A stretch of DNA of 64,000 bases from an uncultured candidatus Brocadiaceae bacterium (GTDB taxonomy: Bacteria; Planctomycetota; Brocadiia; SM23-32). Both the position numbers and the translations under genes were made by a program. The stretch covers positions 18,236 through 82,235 of the forward strand of contig CAZQEQ010000001.1 in assembly GCA_964592385.1 (NCBI GenBank), read 5' to 3'. Positions 1 to 8,876 of the stretch are shown piece by piece. The first letter of the stretch is position 1; each line of letters starts with the position of its first letter. The notes beneath the pieces are model-generated. The model did not search any database and was not told the origin of the DNA. It worked only from the letters and a program-made list of their open reading frames with translations.

Positions 1-60
1 CTGGAGGCTCAGAAGCCGGCCCCCTCCCCGTAGTGGCCTGTTCAACTGATAGCCGCGCAC

Positions 61-92
61 TCCCGCCCCCCGGCGAGACGCCGGGGGCTACC
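61..92. repeat. REP-like palindromic element, copy A
   Basis: TCCCGCCCCCCGGCGAGACGCCGGGGGCTACC recurs at 58971-59002 with one mismatch. The core is a perfect 9-bp stem with a 3-nt loop (CCCCCGGCG-AGA-CGCCGGGGG, 67-87). Both copies are intergenic. Confidence 0.6.
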
Positions 93-118
93 CAGATAGG
101 CTGGGCGGGGCGTTCGCT

Positions 119-147
119 TTGACAAGGCCGGGGGCGGGCGATATCCT
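119..147 (+). promoter_or_regulatory. putative sigma-70 promoter of mutS (TTGACA-N17-TATCCT)
   Basis: TTGACA at 119-124, a 17-nt spacer, and TATCCT at 142-147, about 40 nt upstream of the mutS ATG at 187. Confidence 0.35.
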
Positions 148-186
148 GGCGCCGGCGGGCCGAACCCCTACCCCGCCCTCACGCCC

Positions 187-2814
187 ATGACCAAGCGCGA
201 ACAGACGCCCATGATGAAGCAGTACCTGGCGTTCAAGAAACGCCACAGCGACGCCGTGCTGCTGTTCCGCATGGGCGACTTCTACGAGGTGTTCCTCGAG
301 GACGCGAAGCTCTGCGCCCGCGAGCTCGGCCTGGCCCTGACCAGCCGCGAGAAGGGGGCGAACGCCATCCCGATGGCCGGCTTCCCCCACCATGCCGCCG
401 ACAGCTACGTCAAGCGCCTCATCAAGGCCGGTCACCGCGTGGCGATCTGCGAGCAGGTCCAGGACCCCGCCGAGGCGAAGGGTCTGGTCGAGAGGGACGT
501 GACGCGGGTCGTGACGGCGGGCACGCTGACCGAAGACCAGATCCTGGACAGCCGGACGAACAACTTCCTGGCCGCCGTATCGCCCGAAGGCGAGCGGGCC
601 GGCCTGGCCTGGGTGGACCTCTCGACGGGCAGGTTCGAGGTGGAGGAAGTGCCGACCGCGTCGCTCGGGGACAGCCTCCAGCGGATCGCGCCCGCCGAGT
701 GCCTCGTGCCGGAGCCGCAGGGCGGCGAGGAGGACAGGCGCCCGATCCTGGACCACCTGCCGGAGGGCTGCCTGGTCACGCGGCGGCCGCCGTGGGAGTT
801 CGCCGCTGACGAGGGCCGCCGGCTGCTCAACGGCCACTTCGGCACGCGCGGCCTGGAGGGGTTCGGCGTCGAGGACGCCGGCCCGTCGGTCGGCGCCGCC
901 GGCGCGCTCATGGCTTACCTGGCAGAGACGCAGCGGACGGCCCTCGACCACATCCGTAAGATCGAGCCCTTCGTCGGCGACCGGTATCTCATACTGGACA
1001 GCACGACGCGCCGCAGCCTGGAACTGGTCGAGACGCTGCGCGGCGGCGAGCGCCACGGCAGCCTGCTGGCCGTCCTGGACCGCACGTCCACGCCGATGGG
1101 CGCGCGGCTGCTGAGGCGCTGGCTCCTGACGCCGCTGCGGGAGCGCGGGGAGATCGAGGGCCGCCTGGACGCCGTCGGCGAACTGGCCGCCGGCAAGCGG
1201 CTGCGACAGGACGTGAACGCCGAGCTGAAAGGCGTTTACGACGTCGAACGGCTGACCACCAGGGTCTGCTGCAACCGGGCGAACGCGAGAGACCTGGTCG
1301 GGCTGCGACACTCCCTCTCGCGGGTCCCGGCGCTCAAGGACCTGCTTGCGGGCGCGGAATCCGACCTGCTCCGGCAGTGCGGCGACCGGCTCGACCCGCT
1401 GCCCGAGGTGGAGGGCCTGATCGGCGCGGCCATCAGGCCCGACCCGCCGGCCACGCTGACCGAGGGGGGGATAATCTGCGACGGCTTCAACCCCGAGCTC
1501 GACGAACTGCGCCAGACCGCCCGCGAGGGCAAGAACTGGATCGCCGGATTCGAGGCGCAGGAGGCCGGGCGCACGGGCATCCCCTCGCTCAAGGTCGGCT
1601 ATAACAAGGTCTTCGGCTACTACATCGAGGTCACCAACACGCACCGGGACAAGGTGCCCGACGACTACGTGCGCAAGCAGACCCTGAAGAACGCCGAGCG
1701 CTACATCACGCCCGAGCTGAAGGAGCGCGAGTCCACCGTGCTCGGGGCGGGCGAACGCGCGCGGGAGCTGGAATACGACGTCTTCCAACAGGTGCGCGCG
1801 GAGGTCGGCTCATACACGGAGCGGCTCCAGGCCACGGCCGACGCCGTGGCGTCCCTGGACGTGCTGGCGTCTCTGGCCACGGTGGCGGCCGAGAACCGCT
1901 ACGTGCGGCCCCGCATCGTCGAGGACGGGACGCTGCACGTCGCCGACGGCCGGCACCCCGTCCTGGAGCAGACGCTCGACGAGGAGTTCGTGCCGAACGA
2001 CATCGAGATGGACGGCGAGAAGGCGCGGGTCCTGGTCGTGACCGGCCCGAACATGGCGGGCAAGAGCGTCTATATCCGCCAGACCGCCCTGATCGTGCTG
2101 ATGGCGCAGATGGGCTCGTTCGTCCCGGCCACGGAGGCGAGCATCGGCCTGGCCGACCGCATCTTCACGCGCGTGGGAGCGAGCGACGAGCAACGGCGCG
2201 GGCGCAGCACCTTCATGGTCGAGATGATCGAGGCGGCCAACATCCTCAACAACGCCACCGACCGCAGCCTGATCATCCTGGACGAGATCGGCCGGGGCAC
2301 CAGCACTTTCGACGGCGTCAGCATCGCGTGGGCCACGGCGGAGTACATCCACGACCACCTGGCGGCGCGGATGCTGTTCGCCACGCACTACCACGAACTG
2401 GCCCAACTGGCCAACACGCTCGTGGGCGTCCGGAACCTGAACGTGGCCGTGCGCGAGTGGGAGGGCGACGTGGTGTTCCTGCACCGCGTGGTGCCGGGGG
2501 CGACGGACCGCAGCTACGGCATCCACGTGGCCAAGCTCGCCGGCGTGCCGGCGTCGGTCCTCCAGCGGGCCCGGCAGATACTGGCGCTGCTGGAGGAGAA
2601 CGCCATGGGGCCGGACGACGAGCCGCGCTTCGCCCCCAGGCAGCCGGCCGCGGCGCGCGGGCCGCAGATGGTCCAGGTGCCGCTGTTCAGGCCGCTCGAC
2701 GCGCAGGTGCGAGAGGAGCTGCTCGCCCTCGACACCAGCGGCATGACGCCCCTGGAGGCGCTCAACAAGCTCAACGAGATCGTCGAGCAGCTCAAGCGGA
2801 CCAGCCGCCACTGA
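187..2814 (+). CDS. mutS: DNA mismatch repair protein MutS
   Basis: 875-aa ORF. The N-terminus TPMMKQYLAFKKRHSDAVLLFRMGDFYEVFLEDA is the MutS mismatch-binding domain. Walker A GPNMAGKS is present, followed by STFMVEM and DEIGRGTSTFDG. Confidence 0.97.
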   Translation: MTKREQTPMMKQYLAFKKRHSDAVLLFRMGDFYEVFLEDAKLCARELGLALTSREKGANAIPMAGFPHHAADSYVKRLIKAGHRVAICEQVQDPAEAKGLVERDVTRVVTAGTLTEDQILDSRTNNFLAAVSPEGERAGLAWVDLSTGRFEVEEVPTASLGDSLQRIAPAECLVPEPQGGEEDRRPILDHLPEGCLVTRRPPWEFAADEGRRLLNGHFGTRGLEGFGVEDAGPSVGAAGALMAYLAETQRTALDHIRKIEPFVGDRYLILDSTTRRSLELVETLRGGERHGSLLAVLDRTSTPMGARLLRRWLLTPLRERGEIEGRLDAVGELAAGKRLRQDVNAELKGVYDVERLTTRVCCNRANARDLVGLRHSLSRVPALKDLLAGAESDLLRQCGDRLDPLPEVEGLIGAAIRPDPPATLTEGGIICDGFNPELDELRQTAREGKNWIAGFEAQEAGRTGIPSLKVGYNKVFGYYIEVTNTHRDKVPDDYVRKQTLKNAERYITPELKERESTVLGAGERARELEYDVFQQVRAEVGSYTERLQATADAVASLDVLASLATVAAENRYVRPRIVEDGTLHVADGRHPVLEQTLDEEFVPNDIEMDGEKARVLVVTGPNMAGKSVYIRQTALIVLMAQMGSFVPATEASIGLADRIFTRVGASDEQRRGRSTFMVEMIEAANILNNATDRSLIILDEIGRGTSTFDGVSIAWATAEYIHDHLAARMLFATHYHELAQLANTLVGVRNLNVAVREWEGDVVFLHRVVPGATDRSYGIHVAKLAGVPASVLQRARQILALLEENAMGPDDEPRFAPRQPAAARGPQMVQVPLFRPLDAQVREELLALDTSGMTPLEALNKLNEIVEQLKRTSRH

Positions 2815-2886
2815 GCCTCTGCGGCAGGCCGCCCGTGCACGGAAGGCACGGCAATCCCCGCCCGGGTGCCGCCCGGCTATTCCTCC

Positions 2887-3200
2887 TCAAGCTGCAGCAG
2901 GCGTCGTGTCTCTGCCCGGGTAGCGGGGCAACACAGAATGCGCGTTCAGGATGGAGATATGGTCCTCGAGACCTGCGAACCGCTCATCGCGTTCTGAAAC
3001 CATGCTGGTGAGGACGAAGAGGTTGTGGTCTTCCTCGTTGGCAACTCGAACCTGGCCAGAGCAGCCTTCAGGTACTTTTCGGCGCACTGCTGGCAAAGAA
3101 AGCAGACGACGTCCGGCACAGTCCCCGCGTCCAAAACCGACGCCGCGTAGTGGTCCTGCTCCGCCTTCGCGACCCATTCCTCAAACCACGGCTCGCTCAT
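2887..3200 (-). pseudogene. HEPN-domain toxin gene, apparently frameshifted
   Basis: The ATG at 3200 gives MSEPWFEEWVAKAEQDHYAASVLD...CAEKYLKAALARF, a HEPN N-terminal half. From about 3040-3055 sense continues only in another frame (...EDHNLFVLTSMVSERDERFAGLEDHISILNAHSVLPRYPG, stop at 2887). The start overlaps the end of the upstream MNT gene by 20 nt. Confidence 0.7.
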
Positions 3201-3543
3201 AAGCCACCTTCCCGTGCTGCATGATGTCACGGATGAAGTCATCACCCATGGCCAGGCGCCGACTGATCTCCGCAGGCGTCTTCACCAGGATATCGAGAGG
3301 CAGAAAATAAGGCCGCCCGCAGAAGCGCCTGAGCAGCCGCGACACCTCCCGGACACGTTCTATCTCCCGCTTCTCGCTCTCCTTGACGATAAGGATATCC
3401 AGGTCGCTTTCCCGGTCGCCGTCCCCCCGCGCGCGCGAGCCGAACAGGATGATCTTCTCCGGCTCGTAATCGTGCCTTATCGTCTCGACCACTTCCTGGA
3501 CCAGCCGGTCGGCTTCCACTTCCCGTCCCCTCCAGAGGCCCAA
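3181..3543 (-). CDS. nucleotidyltransferase-domain protein (MNT-type antitoxin partner of HEPN)
   Basis: 120 aa with the minimal nucleotidyltransferase motif KIILFGSRARGDGDRESDLDILIV. It sits directly upstream of, and overlaps, the HEPN ORF. Confidence 0.85.
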   Translation of the reverse strand: MGLWRGREVEADRLVQEVVETIRHDYEPEKIILFGSRARGDGDRESDLDILIVKESEKREIERVREVSRLLRRFCGRPYFLPLDILVKTPAEISRRLAMGDDFIRDIMQHGKVAYERAVV

Positions 3544-3573
3544 CGCCGGTACCGCGCTCGCTGACCCGCCGCG

Positions 3574-4590
3574 TCAAAGCTCGACAAGCTGGCCGGTCTC
3601 GATGGATTCCCTCTCCGCCTCGACAAGCCTCACCGACAGGGCGCTCGACTGCGGCGTGCAGACGGCGGCCAGTTCGTTGTTCTCTATGCAGTGGACGAAG
3701 TAGGCGAGCTCCTCCACGTAGCCGTCCTTGTGCGGCAGCTCCGGGTGGTGCGTCCCTTTGTCCGTGTACTCCAGCAGGCCGTGGCCCTCGCGCGTGCCGT
3801 AAACCAGGCAGCCCCTGTCGAATGCCGCCATGAACCGCGCCTCGAACCCGAACCCGGCGGCCATCGCCAGGCTCCCGCCCGCGCGCACGGCCATCTTGTC
3901 ATCGTAAACGTACTGCGTGTCCACAACGTCCCAGCCGCCGCTCGGCCCCCTGGCGCCGGTCGAGAAGACGGCGCGCGGCTGGCCCAGCAGGTAATGGACG
4001 AAGTCCGCGTCGTGCACGTGCAGGTCGTGCATGCCGCCGCCGCTGCGCCGGTGGTCCAGCAGCCAGCCTTCCCACGACCACTGCGGCGGCGCCGTCCCGC
4101 GCCAGAGCGAAAGACTCATCAGCCGGCCCAGCCGCCCCGACTCCATCGTCTCGTTCAGGTACTCGTACTCCGGGAAGAAGCGCACGCAGTGGCCGAACAT
4201 CAACATGCCGGGCGCGTCCCCGGCCGTCGCCAGCACCTCCTGGCACTCCGAATGGGTCAGCGCCATCGGCTTCTCGCAGAAGACGTGCTTGCCAGCCGCC
4301 AGCGCCTTCTTGCAGAACTCGGCGTGCAGGAACGTGGGCAGGCAGATGTCCACCAGGTCCACGTCGGGATCGGCGATCAGCTCGTCCGGGTCCGTGTAGA
4401 GCTTCTGCCTTTCGGGGTCAATCGTGCCCTTGCCTTCGCCGATGTTGATCTGCACGCTGCTCTCGCCGGGCTGGAGCTTATCCTCGACGATGTCCGCAAC
4501 GGCCGCCACCCGGGCGCCCGCCACGGCGTCGTAGCAGCCCAGGTGTTTGCTGCCCATTCCGCCCAGGCCGATGATGCCCACTTTGATCAT
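3574..4590 (-). CDS. Gfo/Idh/MocA family oxidoreductase
   Basis: MIKVGIIGLGGMGSKHL Rossmann N-terminus and an EKP motif (FCEKPMALT). The start at 4590 is preceded by GGAGGAGAGG; the ORF-track start at 4662 is probably too far upstream. Confidence 0.85.
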   Translation of the reverse strand: MIKVGIIGLGGMGSKHLGCYDAVAGARVAAVADIVEDKLQPGESSVQINIGEGKGTIDPERQKLYTDPDELIADPDVDLVDICLPTFLHAEFCKKALAAGKHVFCEKPMALTHSECQEVLATAGDAPGMLMFGHCVRFFPEYEYLNETMESGRLGRLMSLSLWRGTAPPQWSWEGWLLDHRRSGGGMHDLHVHDADFVHYLLGQPRAVFSTGARGPSGGWDVVDTQYVYDDKMAVRAGGSLAMAAGFGFEARFMAAFDRGCLVYGTREGHGLLEYTDKGTHHPELPHKDGYVEELAYFVHCIENNELAAVCTPQSSALSVRLVEAERESIETGQLVEL

Positions 4591-4709
4591 GATCCTCTCC
4601 TCCAGAAATGGTTTGGTCTTGCCGCAGTCCGCAGTTGCCTGTATTTTATGGGAACGGCCCACATTTGCAAGGCCGGCATTCCGGGCATGGTGCGTGAGGA
4701 GACAGACCG

Positions 4710-5798
4710 TTGGGCGTGTCCGCCGGATTGTTCCGACTGCACAGGAAGGTGCTCTCTCCCGACGCGGGAGGGTTACCCCTGGCAGTGGTCCGGGCGCTGC
4801 TGCGCGTGGGGGCCGCCGGTTACGGGCTGGCCGCGGCGGGGCGCAACGCCCTCTACCGGCGCGGCCTCCGCACGGCCCGCCGGGTCGGAGTGCCGATCAT
4901 CAGCGTCGGCAACATCACGGCGGGCGGCACGGGCAAGACGCCGCTGGTGGCCTGGCTGGCGCGGCTGCTGGCCATCCACAACAGGCGCCCGGCGATCCTG
5001 TCCCGGGGCTACGGCCGCCACCCCGGCCTGCACGTGGACGACGAGAACGCCCTGCTGGGCCGCCTGGCCCGCGACATACCCATCGTCGTGGACGCCGACC
5101 GCGTGCGCGGGGCGCAGACGGCCATCCGGGATCACGGCGCGGACGTGCTGATCCTGGACGACGGCTTCCAGCACCGCCGGATCGCGCGGGACCTGGACCT
5201 CGTGCTGATAGACGCCGTCTTGCCGTTCGGCGGCGGCCACCTGCTGCCCAGGGGCCTGTTGCGCGAGCCGCTGAGCGGGCTGGCGCGCGCCGACGCCCTG
5301 CTGCTGACCCGTGTGGACCTGGTGGACGGGGAGCGCCTCGAGGCCATCCGGGAGGAGCTGGCGGCGCTCGCGCCGCACGCCGTCGTGGCGTGCTGCAGGA
5401 ACCAGGTGCGCTCCCTGCGGCCACTCGGCGACGACGCGGCGACCCCGTCTGCCCCGGAGGACCTGCGGCACGGCCGCTGGGGGGCCTTCTGCGGCATAGG
5501 CAACCCGGAGGCCTTCGAGCTGCGGCTGCGCAAGGCCGGCTGCCAGCTCGCGTTCCTTCGGATCTATTCCGACCACGAACGCTACTCCGCGCGCGACCTG
5601 GCAGACGTCCTGTCCCGGGCGCGCGACGCGCGGTGCGATGCGATCGTGACGACCGAGAAGGACGCGACCAAGATCGAGCGCCTGCTGGAGGGCAGGCCCG
5701 ACCCGCCCATCTACGCCCTCGGGGTGGAGACTGAGTTCACCGAGGGCTCGGGCGAACTGACGGCCGCCATGCTGGAAGCCGTCGGCTGCCCCGCCTGA
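4710..5798 (+). CDS. lpxK: tetraacyldisaccharide 4'-kinase
   Basis: Motifs ISVGNITAGGTGKTPLVAWLA (P-loop), SRGYG and ILDDGFQH. The start is a TTG and its exact position is uncertain. Confidence 0.88.
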   Translation: MGVSAGLFRLHRKVLSPDAGGLPLAVVRALLRVGAAGYGLAAAGRNALYRRGLRTARRVGVPIISVGNITAGGTGKTPLVAWLARLLAIHNRRPAILSRGYGRHPGLHVDDENALLGRLARDIPIVVDADRVRGAQTAIRDHGADVLILDDGFQHRRIARDLDLVLIDAVLPFGGGHLLPRGLLREPLSGLARADALLLTRVDLVDGERLEAIREELAALAPHAVVACCRNQVRSLRPLGDDAATPSAPEDLRHGRWGAFCGIGNPEAFELRLRKAGCQLAFLRIYSDHERYSARDLADVLSRARDARCDAIVTTEKDATKIERLLEGRPDPPIYALGVETEFTEGSGELTAAMLEAVGCPA

Positions 5799-5888
5799 GG
5801 GGCGCGGCGCCGGATTCCTTCCGAGCCCGAGGACGAGGACGACGACGAGGACGAATGCCGCACGCCGTTTCTCCAGCGGTACGGGCCC

Positions 5889-6779
5889 CTACCCTTGCGC
5901 GAAGACGGAGGTCACGTCGAAGTAGCGCTCGAAGAAGCGCTCCGGCGCCACGTCGCTTGCCACGCGGTGCGGGCCGTCGCGGGATTCCTCGAACACGGTG
6001 ACGCCGAGGCTGTCCCCCCGCTCCAGGCCGACCGTCACCCGGCCGCTCCGGTACTGGCAGATATCCGGCTCGAAGATGCAAGCGGCGGCCAGCGGATCGT
6101 GGAAGGTGATCCTGCCCTGCTTGCGGAACCAGACCTCCGCCATGTCGCGCACGACTTCGAACGGGCCGCCGCGGAACCGCCGTCGGCACTCGTCCGCCGG
6201 CATGGTGCAGCGCAGGGTCACGTCCAGGCCGTAGGCGACGACGGCCGGGACCTCGGCGGAGAAGACGAGCTGGCTCGCGACGGGGTCGCCGGAGGTGTTC
6301 CACTCCCCCCTGCCGGGCGCGAAGTAGCAGCCGCCCATCATCACCAGGCGGCCGAGCAGGCGGGCCGCCTCCGGGTCCACGGCGAAGAGCAGGCCGGCGT
6401 TCGTCAGCGGGCCGATGGTCAGCAGCGTGATCTCCCCGGGCCTGTCGCGTATCGTGCGCCGGAGGAACTCGACCGCCTCGTATGCGGCGAAGTCCTCCCG
6501 GTGCGGCCAGCGGGGCAGGACCTCCGCCTGCGGCGCTTCGGGCTGCCTCTGCTCGAAGAGCAGGGGCCGGTCGCAGCCGCTGCGCACGGGGACCTCCGGG
6601 CGGCCGGCCGCCTTGCAGAGCGCGCTGGCCAGCATGGCCCGCTGCCGCGGCCGGCCGGTCACGCTCGTCACCCCCAGCAACTCGCAGCGCGGCTCCGCCA
6701 GCAAGTAGGCCAGGCAAACGGCGTCGTCAATGTCCGAGCCAATGTCCGTATCCAGCAGCAGCGGCACGCGATCAGGCAT
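5889..6779 (-). CDS. nucleoside hydrolase (inosine/uridine-preferring family)
   Basis: The ATG at 6779 follows GGGAGGGAAG. The N-terminal [14 protein letters not shown] aspartate cluster is diagnostic, and GPLTN is present. The rest of the 750-aa ORF upstream is antisense to thrC and is not coding. Confidence 0.9.
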   Translation of the reverse strand: MPDRVPLLLDTDIGSDIDDAVCLAYLLAEPRCELLGVTSVTGRPRQRAMLASALCKAAGRPEVPVRSGCDRPLLFEQRQPEAPQAEVLPRWPHREDFAAYEAVEFLRRTIRDRPGEITLLTIGPLTNAGLLFAVDPEAARLLGRLVMMGGCYFAPGRGEWNTSGDPVASQLVFSAEVPAVVAYGLDVTLRCTMPADECRRRFRGGPFEVVRDMAEVWFRKQGRITFHDPLAAACIFEPDICQYRSGRVTVGLERGDSLGVTVFEESRDGPHRVASDVAPERFFERYFDVTSVFAQG

Positions 6780-6914
6780 CACTTCCCTCCCAGGCTGGCG
6801 CAGACGACAGGGGCGCGCGGGCCCCGTCCGAACTTGACATATACACCATTCGGGCGCCAGAATAAAGCTCCGTCCGCCCCCCGGCGGGGGATCCCCACGG
6901 TTGGAGGAAGCGAC

Positions 6915-8249
6915 GTGGAGCAGAAGTACAGCGCCTGGTTCCAGTGTTTTGCAGGCTGCGGCGAGCGTTACGGGCTGGACGAAATCATCTATCGCTGCCG
7001 GCGCTGCGACAGCCTGCTCGAGGTGCGCCACGACACGGAGGCCCTCGCGCGCACGAGCGCAGCGGAATGGAAGGCCCTGTTCGCGCAGCGCTGGGGGCTG
7101 GCCAGCGGGCCGCTCAGCGGCGGCGTGTGGGGCAAGAAGGAATGGGTCTGCCCAAGGGTTGCGGACGATAACATCGTCACCATCTACGAGGGGCGCACGC
7201 CCCTGCTGCACGTGGGGCGGTTCGGCGAAGAGATCGGCGTTCCCGACCTGCACGTCAAGCTCTGCGGCAACTCCCACACCGGCTCGTTCAAGGACCTGGG
7301 GATGACCGTCCTGGTCAGCATGGTCCAGCAGATGCGCGCGGAGGGCAAGGACGTCCCGGCGGTCGCCTGCGCCTCCACGGGCGATACCTCGGCGGCGCTG
7401 GCGGCGTACTGCGCCCGGGCCGGCATCCCGTCCATCGTCTTCCTGCCGCACGGCAAGATCAGCCTGGCGCAGCTCGTCCAACCCGTCGCCAACGGCGCGC
7501 TGACCCTGGCGCTCGACACGGACTTCGACGGCTGCATGGCGCTCGTGCAGGAAGTGTGCACGCGGAACAACATCTACCTGGCCAACTCGATGAACAGCCT
7601 GCGCGTCGAGGGCCAGAAGACGGTCTCGGTCGAGATATGCCAGCAGCTCGATTGGGAGGTGCCGGACTGGGTCGTCATTCCCGGCGGGAACCTGGGCAAC
7701 GTCAGCGCGCTGGGGCTCGGCTTCCGGCTGATGCGCGAGTTGGGGCTGATCGACCGGACGCCGCGCATCTGCTGCGCTCAGAGCGCCCGCGCCAATCCCC
7801 TCTACGAGAGCTACCTGAAGGACTTCGAGAGCTTCGAGCCCCAGCAGGCCCGCAAGACCCTCGCCACGGCCATCCAGATAGGCAGCCCGGTGAGCATCTG
7901 GAAGGCGGTCAAGACGCTGAAGGACTTCGGCGGCGTGGCCGAGCAGGCCACCGAGGCGGAACTGGCCGACGCCTGCGCCCGGGCCGACCGGAGCGGCCTG
8001 TTCACGGACCCGCACACGGGCGTCGCCCTGGCGGCGCTGATGAAGCTGGCCGGGCGCGGCGAGATCGGGCGCGGGGACCGCGTGGTCGTCATCTCCACCG
8101 CCCACGGCCTGAAGTTCCCCCAGTTCAAGACCGATTACCACGCGGGCCGGCTGGAGGGAATCGAGAGCCGTCGGGCCAATCCCCCCGTCGAACTGCCGGC
8201 CGACTACGACGCAGTCGTATCCGCCATATTCGACGCCATCCGGCCATAG
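6915..8249 (+). CDS. thrC: threonine synthase
   Basis: The GTG at 6915 follows GGAGGAAG. The N-terminus has a zinc-ribbon-like motif (CFAGCGERY...YRCRRCDS). The PLP lysine motif [11 protein letters not shown] and ASTGDTSAA are present. Confidence 0.9.
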   Translation: MEQKYSAWFQCFAGCGERYGLDEIIYRCRRCDSLLEVRHDTEALARTSAAEWKALFAQRWGLASGPLSGGVWGKKEWVCPRVADDNIVTIYEGRTPLLHVGRFGEEIGVPDLHVKLCGNSHTGSFKDLGMTVLVSMVQQMRAEGKDVPAVACASTGDTSAALAAYCARAGIPSIVFLPHGKISLAQLVQPVANGALTLALDTDFDGCMALVQEVCTRNNIYLANSMNSLRVEGQKTVSVEICQQLDWEVPDWVVIPGGNLGNVSALGLGFRLMRELGLIDRTPRICCAQSARANPLYESYLKDFESFEPQQARKTLATAIQIGSPVSIWKAVKTLKDFGGVAEQATEAELADACARADRSGLFTDPHTGVALAALMKLAGRGEIGRGDRVVVISTAHGLKFPQFKTDYHAGRLEGIESRRANPPVELPADYDAVVSAIFDAIRP

Positions 8250-8267
8250 GCACCTTAGCCTACGCGT

Positions 8268-8296
8268 TTGACATGGCCGCCACGACGCGATAGTAT
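8268..8296 (+). promoter_or_regulatory. putative sigma-70 promoter (TTGACA-N17-TAGTAT) for the STAS gene
   Basis: TTGACA at 8268-8273, a 17-nt spacer, and TAGTAT at 8291-8296, about 50 nt upstream of the start at 8349. Confidence 0.4.
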
Positions 8297-8348
8297 CCTG
8301 ACGTTGTCCATTCGAAGGCTCAGGAAGGCCGGTTGAGGGGGAAGGGTC

Positions 8349-8699
8349 TTGGCAATCGAAGTGCGCTCACATGACCGGGTGACGATAATCGACATTGTCG
8401 GCCGCTTTGATTCCCTCACGGCTCCTGCCATGAAATCCGAGATGGCGGGGTTGATCGAGCAGGGCAAGAGAAGGCTGGTGATCAACCTGTCAAAGCTGGA
8501 TTTCATCGACAGCGCCGGCCTGGGAGCGCTGGTGGCCTGCCTGCGCAGGGCTGTGGAGTGCGGCGGCGAGCTTCGCCTGGCCGACGTGCCGGCGATCTGC
8601 CGTTCTATCTTCGAGCTGACGCGCATGGACAGGGTCTTCGACATCAGCCAGAGCGAAGCGGCCGCCGTGGAGTCACTGGCCGAGAAGGAGCCGGGCTGA
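8349..8699 (+). CDS. STAS-domain anti-sigma-factor antagonist (SpoIIAA/RsbV-like)
   Basis: 116 aa. LSKLDFIDSAGLGALV contains the phosphorylatable DSAGLG serine motif. The start codon is TTG. Confidence 0.85.
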   Translation: MAIEVRSHDRVTIIDIVGRFDSLTAPAMKSEMAGLIEQGKRRLVINLSKLDFIDSAGLGALVACLRRAVECGGELRLADVPAICRSIFELTRMDRVFDISQSEAAAVESLAEKEPG

Positions 8700-8876
8700 A
8701 GACGGAGCCCGGCCCCCCGGGCGCGCAGTGGCGGTGCGGAGGTTCCCGCCTGGCGACTTGCGGGACGACAACCACGGATCGCAATGCAGCAGAAGGCGGT
8801 CCGAGTCGTTTAAACGCTGCAGTGTGGTTGGGACAACGTTCCGCGACGTACGGGGCCTCAGGGCCGAAGAACTGAA

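Noticed and set aside
88-1788. Long ORFs antisense to, or overlapping, clear genes. Examples are 88-1788 opposite mutS, 19339-22092 opposite the propeller gene, 52455-54707, 41527-44193, and the 5' two thirds of 5889-8141 and 5895-8249.
   Set aside because: Their translations are Arg/Gly/Ala/Pro-rich low-complexity text with no recognisable motifs. The opposite strand or other frame encodes well-recognised proteins. Stop-codon depletion in high-GC DNA explains them.
6878-6890. CCCCCGGCGGGGG hairpin in the thrC leader as a possible attenuator or riboswitch.
   Set aside because: It is too short, with no leader peptide, no U-tract and no resemblance to known riboswitch cores. It is more likely a degenerate relative of the REP-like palindrome.
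8700-8876. Looked for a sigma-54 (-24 GG / -12 GC) promoter near the enhancer-binding protein gene. CTGGCGACTTGCG was considered.
   Set aside because: The GG to GC spacing is about 8 nt instead of the required 12. No convincing TGGCAC-N5-TTGC match was seen by eye.
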